From Selaginella moellendorffii (lineage: Eukaryota; Plantae; Lycopodiophyta), in NCBI RefSeq assembly GCF_000143415.4, contig NW_003314292.1:102125-125089 (forward strand): a stretch of DNA of 22,965 bases, written 5' to 3'. The position numbers and the translations under genes are program-made. A model generated the notes under the pieces. The model was not told the DNA's origin, did no database searches, and saw nothing but the letters and a program-made list of their open reading frames with translations. Shown one piece after another: positions 1 through 10,012 of this stretch (positions are counted from its first letter, which is position 1; the number at the start of each line of letters is the position of its first letter).

Positions 1-99
1 GATCCGATTACTTTCAATTATTCCTCGGTATCGACGGAATCTTGGTGGTTATCCTTTTTTTTCCACAAATTTGACTCTTAGGAATTAGTAACTTACATT

Positions 100-486
100 T
101 GTCAAGAATCCCTCAATTCATACCACATTCTTGAATCTCGTTGGATTCCTGACCTGCAGACCACATTCCTGATTCTCAAAATACTTCCCTATTCTTGACT
201 CTCGAGACACTTCCCTATTCCTGACTCTTTAATTTCCTGTACGATTCCTGAGTCTCGAGCCACATTCCTGATGATGATGTGGCGCCTCCTCGACATTAGC
301 TATATTTAGGCCGTCCTCGATCCAAGAGTGGTGGAGCTTCATCAACCTATAGTATATATAGGTTAGCCTTGTTCCATTTCTCCACAATCTGAATCAGCGC
401 CAATCTAAGGCTTTTTCTTCGTTTCCACTAGCTTTTCTCTTTGTTTTCTACATTTTCTAGTCTTGATCTTGTTGGGGGTCTTGACA
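100..486. mobile_element. Solo LTR (387 bp) with perfect 5-bp target-site duplication
   Basis: Starts TGTCAAGA (100) and ends TCTTGACA (486), an 8-bp terminal inverted repeat. Flanked by ACATT at 95-99 and 487-491. Contains a repeat array, a TATATATA (353-360) and a pyrimidine-rich 3' part. Confidence 0.88.
123..271 (+). repeat. Degenerate ATTC(C/T)TGA-core repeat array inside solo LTR
   Basis: About 7 copies of ATTC(C/T)TGA in contexts such as ACCACATTCCTGATTCTC and ACTTCCCTATTCTTGACTCT. Confidence 0.75.
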
Positions 487-1463
487 ACATTCTATGGCAA
501 TATGTCTTTCATTCTTGTATTTCATACATCTCCTTGATGTTTAAAATCTTGATCTCCTTTGGTGACTAATGACAAACAGAAACCTTGATTGGATGAGCAT
601 CCCCAATTAGAATAGAATGATGTGTTGCAATTTTGGCCTTAAAGGACAGATCATATTCAAAGAGATTGACATACTCCTTCATGAGCTAATCAATCGTTGC
701 AACATAAAAACTGTTAGAGGGATCTAAAAAGGGAATAAAAGAACAAGACAGAAATATAAAAGGAAGTAATAGAGAGAGAAAAGTGATAGAAACAAAGTAA
801 AATTAGATGTAGAAGAAAAAAGATGAAAAAGAACAAAAATCAAAGGAATGAAAAAAATATAAGGAAGTTTGAGATAAGGGGAGAAGCCTCAAAGTTATAT
901 TTAGCATAATTGTGCTATAACCAATTCATAATAAGTTTGAAGTCAAAAGTTTGACTTGGCACCACTTGTAACGGCTTTAGCTCAAACTCGAGATCACCTA
1001 CACATACAACTAAGTCTGCTTTATCCCATGCATATGCATGTCTACGGCCATTGTTATAAGAATGAAAATTGGCTCTACCACACGACACAAATGTAGATAG
1101 CAACGTATGTTAACAAGCCAAGTAATAGAAGATAAACTGGAGTCTATGTCACCCAATACAGAGAGAATAATAAAAAACTTTTTGTTATAAAAACAAGCTT
1201 GGAAAGTAAACACTAGATGAACTAATGCCAAATGAACCCCTTGATGATACTCCCAAAAGAAATATGGAGGTGGTCATTAACTCATTTATGCAAGGATTGT
1301 TCACTACTTATGTGACTCCTCGTTTTTTGAAATCATCTTGGTATTTAGACCTTCCACTATACTAGCACCAACAAGACATTATTACCTAGGAAATGGAGGT
1401 CTCCAATTCAGAAAATGCCAATAACACTAATAAGTGTAACCAATATGCTCAGCAATGGACATC

Positions 1464-2622
1464 TGTCGTGAATGTGACTTCGGGTATCGAAAGTTACCTG
1501 TCGGCCAGTCCTTATGGACACTCTTTCTTTACTGCCACGATGGCAGGAGGTCAGTATTGCTGGACCCTTTATTAGTCCCTCTTGTGCTAGTGAAGTTAAC
1601 TGGGCATTTTGAGTGTACTTAGACTGGACGAGCATAAGGAATTCCTATGTGTTATTAGCTAAGCATACTTAGCCTGGTAAGGAGTTCCGGTCTCTTGTGT
1701 CTTGCACTAGCTAGTGACAAAAACCCTCATATATTGAGATTAGTCTCTCAATATCGTTGAATGATAGCTTACCGTGTCTGCCAAACATCATGCTCTTTGT
1801 GTTAGTTTCATTTTGGTCCCAAATGCTAATTATGGAAAGTGTCTAGATTCACTTATTTGGCATATCTATGGAATATAGAAATTGTCCTGAATACAATGGT
1901 GTTTGTCCCGTGTCCAAATTCACAATCTAGAGACATTTCATATTTAGTAAGTTTCGAGCTTATCCCAGAAACTAACTCCTGATACTAAGGGAGGCTTGGG
2001 GTGAAAGCCCAAAGCGTGTGTTCCTTAAAAGGGGGGGGCGGGGGGGGGGGGGGGGGGGGCTATGGGGGTTCCAAATGTATAGTAGGGATAGTGGGTTGGT
2101 CAGGCATGGCTGACTAACCTAAAGCATAGTTTAGCTTCGGCTTGTATGCCTCTCCTTGTTATGCATTTAACTTGGGTTTAAACTCAAGTTCCACACCATG
2201 CTAGCTGATGGAGTACTCATGTCTTTGCGTTAGGCCACTAGTATGCCGAAATAAAGCTAGACTCTATTTGGTTTTGTTTTGTGTGCTGGTCTTGGCATAG
2301 GGATGCTAGATATTCTAGGATTGTTCCAAGTTATTGCGTGCTCCTGTCCCTTCACTCCTTGGGCTATATGCTCATAAGTCGTTTCATGCTCCAATACTAT
2401 TACTCTTTGGCTCTATACTTGGGAGTTTGGTATTGTTTCTTCATTCAATGGCCCAAGGTCCTAAAACTCAAGTTTCACACCACTATCCTTTGGACATATG
2501 GCATGTGACACATGGCATATGACATGTGGCACATAGAGGGTTTAGAGGGTTTAGATTCCACTTCCGTGGTTATCCTATGGTAAATCACCATAGGATAAAG
2601 GGTAAAAACTTCGTGCACTACA
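1464..2622. mobile_element. Solo LTR (1159 bp) with perfect 5-bp TSD
   Basis: Starts TGTCGTGAATG and ends CGTGCACTACA (TG...CA, 8/11 inverted match). Flanked by ACATC at 1459-1463 and 2623-2627. No convincing coding potential. Confidence 0.75.
2031..2059 (+). repeat. Poly-G tract (28 G, one C), potential G-quadruplex
   Basis: G8-C-G20 read directly, followed by further G runs (GGGGG, GGG, GGG). Confidence 0.9.
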
Positions 2623-2809
2623 ACATCAAGATTACGACCATCTCTTCACCCTTGTCCTTGAACTCGAGTAATAGTAGCATTAACCTCCATTAGAACAAGA
2701 CCATTATCCATAAAAAGTGAAACTGAAAGATGTATAGTGAGAAGTGGAAGAAGCGATATGTAAGTTATTTAAACCCAAGGATGCTTGACCTTAAGTATCC
2801 CAAAACCTT

Positions 2810-5170
2810 TAACCAATTGAAAAAAGGGATGCACTTTTATTTATAGGCATTTTTCCTTTATATTTGAACCTTTACAAATTGTCTTTTCAAGTCATTCTTT
2901 TTTGTTTCTTACACTTTTGTGTTTGTAGCAAGCAAGTGATGAAATCCATAAAAATACTATATCAACAACTTTAAGAAATAAGCAAAGATTGTAAAAGTCC
3001 CCTTGGCTTTTCATATGGTATCTTTACTCATTGACAAAGCTCACATGAATTGCAATATGTAAGAATTGCAATAAAACTTGTGTTTAATTAGTTTGTATGT
3101 CTTCTTCCCCTTAAAATGACTGGCCTCTAGATAATCATGATAGTGAAATAAAACTTGATTAATCAATGTATTCACTCATGGTAAATACATATAGCCATTG
3201 TAGTAGAGAATCCTATCTACCATTGGAAAGATGCTTTTATTTGGGCCTGCAAATAAACCATCTTAGCATTTTGAGCCTAAGCATGTTTAAATAACTATCT
3301 AAAGCTACTAATCACTTTACTTAAATGATGACAAAATTGTGATTGTAACTTTGTTATATGACAAATATGAAATAACACATCCAATATTATATTCAATTTC
3401 CCTAGATGATACTCAATAGAAAATCCCCTAAACTCTATAAGTTTAACTATCTAATAAGTTTTTTAGAATTCAACTCCTTTTATGTGAATAGATATACAAG
3501 AATTTTATGATCTATCAACACTTTGAACATTGTACCATGAGATGATGCCTTCACATCCACAAAGCATGAACAATAGAAAGTAACTTTTCTTCATATGTGG
3601 AATATCATTGTTCCACAAGATTCAAAGTTCTAATCTCATATTATATGTCATTTTGTAAGGTTTTGATGAATTGGCAATGCAAAGCACTTGAGCCTTACTC
3701 AACAACTATTTCAATACTACAAGATTGACTTTTTATGACTTCTTTCATTCAAATGACACATTTTTATGCAACAACTATATCAAAAGAATAACCACCTCTA
3801 AAAACTTGCTTTGGAAACATTAGTAATAATTAGCCATACCAAGGAAATTATGTAATTCGGCCACTAAAGTCAGTGTAAGCTAGTTTTCCATCATAACCAC
3901 CTTTTATAGACTTATTTTGACACTCATAAGTGTCATAATATAACTTAGATACTCCACTTCTAACTTTGTAAATTCACATTTACTATTTTTTATGTAAAGT
4001 TTACTCTTACATAGTAATAAGGGACTTTTGTGTAAATGCACCTTATACTCTTCCATATTTTGTTAAAAATAAGAATATCATCCAAAAAAATGTTCATAAA
4101 CTCATGTAAATAATGGCTAAATACCTTTGTCATCAATTGAGTAAATGTGACTGATGCATTCATCAAACTAAATGGCATAACTATGAACTTAAACTGCCCG
4201 AAGCTTGTGTTAAATGCTATCTTAGAGATAGACATATCATTCATTGCAATCTAATGATATCCATTCTTTAAATCAATCTTGGTAAATATTTGGGATTGTT
4301 AAGTTTGTTTAAAGTATCATCCACATATAGCATTGGCATTTTATCTTTCACTATTTTCTTATTTGATGCATGGTAATCAATATATATTTACATTAAACCA
4401 TCCTTTTTTTCACAGCAAAGATGGTGCACCAAATGAAGACTTACTTGGTTAAATAAATCCAAACTCAAGTAAGTCCTTGATTTATTTTTAAACTTCTTGC
4501 TTTTCTATATATCTCAGCGGAAATAGACATCAATAAATTAGTTCGGTCCTTACCTTTAATATAATCTTATACTCCACATGTTATAATGGAGGCAACCTAT
4601 AAGGAAATTTAAATGAAAAAACATCATTAAACCCTTAAATACATCTCACATTTCTACCTTTTCCCTAGCTATGAATTTGTCCCCTAAGTCACAAATAAAC
4701 AATAAATAACTTGAAAGTGTTATTCCATTATGACAAACTTATTTCAAAAATGTAGTAGAAAGTATAACAATTGTAAGCTAAACTCCCTCTCTAAAGTATA
4801 TATCCTTGATGCCACTGTACTGTAGCAAAACATATTTAATGTTCCACTTCATTTCCAAATCCACCTTTGCCAACTATAACATCTCAAGAATAAGATCCAT
4901 ATTATAGATGTCTATGAGATAAAAACTTTTATAAGTGTAGTTTTGCCAACTAACACTTTTAACCCCTCTACACAAATATTGAAATGTTATGAGTAGTTGC
5001 ACTTTCCACTCTATATGAAAGAACTTCTCATATCACCAAATTGTGATTCTCAATAAACATTGCTGAAACAAAGTTATCATCACTCCCATTATCTTATAAA
5101 ATTCATAATAAACTCCTACAAAATATGTTTTCCAGTATTAAAGTTGATGCACAAATGCCCTTAACCTTTA
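2810..5170 (-). pseudogene. Degenerate Ty3/gypsy pol (protease-RT-RNase H-integrase) with many stops and frameshifts
   Basis: Minus-strand motifs in gypsy order: protease-like L*DNGSDDNFVS (~5060-5110); RT GFI*PSKSSFGAP...IDYHASNK...FTKIDL..GYH*I...KIAFNTSFGQFKFIVMPFSL...FLDDILIF (~3990-4480); RNase H YSTYEEKLLSIVHAL..RH...DHK (~3490-3605); integrase Zn finger CELCQ (~3030-3050) and MDFITCL (~2930-2950). Boundaries approximate. Confidence 0.88.
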
Positions 5171-5663
5171 TCATTTTACACATAGTTATGTTGATGAGCA
5201 ATGATTGAAATGTGCTAATAAGAATGTCATAAGAGATAATATAATGTATGGAGGTGTGGGAGCTTGCTAGATTCAGCCAAACTCTTGTCGGAGGTGGCTA
5301 AGAAGGACTTGGCATCATGCCATTGCCACTTACACTTACCATGGACGAAGCAATGAGTCATCAAACTCCTAGATCAAATGCAAGGAGAAGGAGAAGATAA
5401 CTTTCCTCAAAGATGGAGTTTTGATACACTACAAGGTTGTCTAGTGTGGATACAAGGGGACCATGGTGGTGAGCTTTAAACGCTAAAGCTTTTAAGTTCA
5501 CTTAGTCTCTTAGTTCTTTGCTATACTTTCCTGGAACAAAATTCATCCAAAAAAACAGTCCCATTGTTTGGATCCATAAGGTGCATTATTTAAAATTTTA
5601 TCAGTTAAGAAATCTTTAAAGAAGCAATATAATTTTCTCTTCATATATACGCATTGTTGAGCC

Positions 5664-7338
5664 ATGGTTTCTTCTACCTGGCAATGGAGGAAATTTGACG
5701 CGGCTCCATCGCCATCGCCACCAGCGCCTGGCATTCCCGCGATCGCAAGCTTTATCAAGCACTGCTCCTCCAATCTCGCCGGCCTCCGCAAGGTCCATTC
5801 CCAGATCAAGCGCAGCGGCATCGACTCGAGGGATCGCTACATCGGCAACCTTCTCATCGGCGCCTACAGCAGCCATGGCGACGAGGGCGGCATCGCGGAC
5901 GCCAGGGCAGTGCTCGTGAACCTGGCCCGCCCCAGTGTCAAGTCGTGGAACATCTTGATCGCGGCGTGCGTGAGGCAAGGGCAAGAGCGCGCGGCGCTGG
6001 AGCTCTACGCGGCTATGAATTGCGAGGGAAGGACGCGCCCGGACGCGATCACGATGGTAAGCATCCTCAGCGCTTGCTCCATTCTGGGAGAGCTCGGCGC
6101 AGGGAAAGCTCTTCACGAGAGGATCCTCGCTGATGGTTTCGATTCCAACGCGATCGTTGCCACGGCTGTGGTGACGATGTATTTCAAGTGTAGCAGCATC
6201 GATCGAGCGAGGAAAGCATTTGACGGGATGAAGAACAGGACTGTCGTGTCTTGGAACACGATGATCACAGCATATGCCCACAGAGGGGATTTTTTCCAGG
6301 CAATGTTTCTCTTTGAGAGCATGGATCTGGAGAGGGATTGCTTCACATACTCGGCGATTCTGGGTGCCGCAAAAGATCTCAAGGCCGGAAGGAAAATCCA
6401 CCAGATGATCTTGGCCTCTGGAATTCGCTTGGACGTGGCAGCTTTCAACGCTCTCGTGAGCATGTATGTGAGAGGTGGAAGCATGGGCGAAGCGAGAGAG
6501 GCTTTCGAGTCCATGACGATCAGAGACATCGTTTCCTGGAACGCTATGATCGCTGGTTACGTCCAGTTTGGTTATGGAGTCCCTGCGATCGAGCTCTACG
6601 AGAGAATGGTTTCGTCTCCTCGTAAGTTGTTTCTCTTTTCTTTATCCACTTTCTTCTTACTTCTCATAGCTTGATCCAGAAAAACCCAACGCGATCACTT
6701 ACGCCAGCGTTCTCGCGGCTTGCTCGATCGCTGGAGATGCCACCAAAGGGAGAAAAATCCACAGCAAAGTCGCTGTTTCCGGGGCCTACGATTCTTCCAT
6801 CACCGTCCAAAACGCGCTCGTCAACTTTTATGCAAAGTGTGGCAGCTTTGGCGAGGCCGAGTCGGTGTTCGGAAGAATGCGCTTCAGGGACTTGTTCTCG
6901 TGGAACTCGATGCTAGCGGCGTGCTCCAAGCACCAGAAGTGTGATGCCATGGAGCTCATCCTTCGGCAGCAAATCCTCGAGGGGTTCCAACCAGATCAAG
7001 TGAGCTATACGTGCATCCTCCACACTTGTTCTCACGTCGGGCTGCTACAGCAAAGCTTGGAACACTTTAGCTCGATGCTCCAAGATCACTATCTTCAGCC
7101 AGTTCCGGAGCACTACAGATGTGTTTTGGATCTCTTGGGACGAGCGGGGCTGCTTTACGAGGCCGAGGCTTTGATCCAGAGCATGCCATTCCAGCCGGAT
7201 GAAGTTGCTTGGAAGTGTTTGCTCTCGGCGTGTAACAATCACGGAGATGCCGATCGAGGAGCCACCATCGCGAAGCAAGTTCTTCGTTCCGAGTCTGGGA
7301 GGTCAGCTTCTTACGTTCTCGTCTCCCAGACCAGGTGA
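5664..7338 (+). CDS. PLS-E class pentatricopeptide repeat protein (probable organellar RNA-editing specificity factor), ~538 aa; exons 5664-6621 and 6680-7338
   Basis: PLS PPR motifs (VSWNTMITAYA, PDAITMVSILSACS, NALVSMY, NALVNFYAKCGS) and an E domain (HYRCVLDLLGRAG...MPFQPDEVAWKCLLSAC...ASYVLVS). A 58-nt GTAAGT...CAG intron (6622-6679) joins the two ORFs in frame as ERMVSSPQKPNAITY. No DYW domain seen. Confidence 0.9.
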
Positions 7339-8206
7339 AGAAGGCAAGGCTGTCAGCTCCGGCGCTTAGAGGTATTTCTCTTGTTATTTCTCGTTGTTTC
7401 TATTGATCATTTGTGTTGTTTTTCAGGATAGCGAGAAAAACCTCAAATTGTCGTGAAATTTTCAGGCATAACGTCTGCTCCAATCTTCTATTGTTCTTGA
7501 TTCTCTATACATAAAGAATCAACTGACTCTATATATAGTCAGTGTTTGCAGATAGCTGCGCGATGAGAACAAAATCTCGCAGGAACCAAAGGTACATTTA
7601 CATTTGTAAGCATTTCTTTTGCGTTTCTTCCTTTTTGTTTATTCCAGGTTCTCATAACATTGCTGTAGGAGAAACAAGACAGCGGGATTGTCATTGTGCT
7701 TCAAGTTTTCAATCACGCGTAATTTCCTACGTGACACGCCTTATAACTTCTTAGGACCGGGTTAGTTCGCCACAGTTTTCTTCCTCGGAACTGTTCATAA
7801 CCAGGAGGTAAAGTTTTGCTATTTTTCTTTCCAAGTCCGAAGCTACAGTATATATCTGCGTAGATTTTTACTACTCTAAATTATTCATTTTCATTTTCTT
7901 CGCAATGTACTGAGAAAGACATTATTTTAAATCTTTTGAAATAATCATAGTAATAGGTTATTAAATAAATTGTACTGTTATTTTTTAATGCTGATTAAAA
8001 TATAAATTTCCAAAGTCATCGCATTTCCACATGGACTCCTTTGAAAATTCGAATGCTGTTCTTTCTCGCTTTGTGGCAGATTTTTAGTTAGCTGCCGTTT
8101 TCTGTAACGTTGTTTGCCGCACCAAAGCCCACTCACTTACAACAAGAAAACGTGTGGACGCCCCCTTAAAACGGGAGTGGTGCGCGAAAGAAAGCTAAAC
8201 GGTTTA

Positions 8207-9342
8207 ATGGCAAGAATTGGGAGCTCCAACGAGGAAGCCTTTGCTCTTCTCGCAATCCTCGCAAGTGTTCTCGCACTGCTCTTCACGCCTGCGACTGGAT
8301 CGAGATCCAAAAATCCTCCCAATGCTGTGGCGATCGATCAATCTTTGTTGGTGGAGTTCCAGGAGGCCGTCCCATTCCGGGACGTGTACTCAATTCTTTG
8401 GGGCCACAGCAACGCCAACGAGCTGGAAGATGGAAAGAGCATCCAGCTCGTGTTGGATCGACACTCAGGTAGAACTCTTTTAATTCTGGAATTGGATATC
8501 ATGATCAAGCTTCTATAGAGTTTTTCTGAGAATTTCAACTTGCAGGATCGGGATTTAAGTCCAAAGAGGCCTTCCAGGGTGGATTCTTCAGCGCGTCCAT
8601 CAAGCTCCCGTCAAACTACACGGCCGGGGTCGTGACAGCATTCTACGTAAGTGACAAGTAACATAACCAAAGTTTTCAAGTTTCGTACTCTTTTCAGGCA
8701 TCGAATTCGGACAAGTTTCCGGATAAGCACGACGAGATCGACTTCGAGTTTCTGGGCGTCGTCCCGGGCATGCCGTACGTCCTCCAGACCAACGTGTACG
8801 GCAATGGAAGCGTGCGTACTGGACGGGAGGAGAGGATACGTCTCTGGTTCGATCCATCGCTGGAGTTTCATCGCTACAGCGTGCTCTGGAACCAACATCA
8901 CATCGTGTAAGTTCTCAAATCTCTCTTATGGTACATAAATAATCCAAGGAAAGTCAGAACTTACTCTTGAAGAGGTTTCAGGTTCTTTGTGGATGATGTT
9001 CCAATCCGGCAGATGATAAAGACCAAGGAGGCGGAAGATTACCCGTGGAAACCCATGTCCGTGCTCGCAACTATTTGGGACGGATCAAACTGGGCTACGT
9101 CCGGTGGAAAGTTTCCTGTTGATTACAATCGAGCGCCATTTGTTGCAAGCTTCACCAACCTCAAGCTTTTTAGGGACTCGTCAGTCTATAGCATCAACGA
9201 CAGGATCAGTGAAGCAGAATTTGGCAAACAAGGTTTGAGGGGCACGCAAAAGTCGAGGCTAGCTTGGGTGAGGCGCAAGTTTTTGAGTTACACGTATTGC
9301 AACGATAAAATGAGGTATCCAAAACCATTACCAGAATGCTGA
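8207..9342 (+). CDS. XTH: Xyloglucan endotransglucosylase/hydrolase (GH16), group III-like, 310 aa; exons 8207-8468, 8546-8646, 8698-8906, 8982-9342
   Basis: Hydrophobic signal peptide; GSGFKSK and [10 protein letters not shown] in a 101-nt exon 2 typical of XTH genes; catalytic [10 protein letters not shown]; [24 protein letters not shown]; C-terminal YCxD..RY...PEC. Three GT-AG introns (77, 51, 75 nt) give an open 933-nt CDS. Confidence 0.96.
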
Positions 9343-10012
9343 AATGTTTGTTCATGAGAGGAAAAATTTATTGAAGTTTTAAATTAAAATATTCTTAGAA
9401 TATTTTGAAACGACTAAGGATTTAGATATCCAAGAAAGCTATCTACACTACAGGTAAATCTGCTGAACCCCTGTAGAGGTCTCTACTAGGGTGGGCTTTG
9501 CTTCACCGCAGGCCTGTTTGCAGAGAACTTGCCTTCTGAGCAGAGCAGACAGAATTACTATTGCCAGCTTGGGCAAATGACCTTAACAAAATAACAGGCT
9601 AGAAACTTTGCCTAAATTGATTATGATTTTGCTATTTTGACTATTTGACTAAAATAATGTGGATCCATATGTGCAGACAAGGTGTTGTAGAATTGTGATG
9701 TATTTATAAGCTTTGAAATCCAGCACCTAAATTGAATGGCTGTGAGAGTGTTGACCCTCCCAATAGCAGCATTCTCTTTTTCTGAAATCATACTAAAGCA
9801 CACTATCAAGCCAAGGTACACTTTGAGCTCATGAGCTCAGCTCAAAGCTCAAAAAATCTATATAAAACATTGGTTTGTCATGAACCAGTGTTTTGGTAAA
9901 TATTAAAATTACATATAATATATTTTTATTTATAAGTTTTGACATAAAAAACATTAAAAAAAATCTGAAGGTTAAATAAAAGAACTGCCATGCTAAAAAC
10001 ACTTTGAAAGCT

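Noticed and set aside
123-271. CRISPR-like repeat-spacer pattern
   Set aside because: Short degenerate repeats with related spacers in a eukaryotic LTR; no cas genes.
268-300. CTGATGA as a hammerhead ribozyme core (also the near-match at ~2205-2272)
   Set aside because: No properly placed stem II plus GAAA and cleavage triplet; the second site lacks CTGANGA.
2535-2554. Telomere-like AGGGTTT repeats
   Set aside because: Only two 9-bp units (AGAGGGTTT) inside an LTR; not a telomeric array.
5616-6401. 261-aa antisense ORF and other ORFs overlapping the PPR and XTH genes
   Set aside because: Shadow frames of GC-rich coding sequence with no recognisable motifs.
9446-9460. CACTACAGG as a CACTA transposon end (also CACTAC at 2616 and 5427)
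   Set aside because: No matching inverted terminus or CACTA transposase seen; 2616-2622 is explained as an LTR end.
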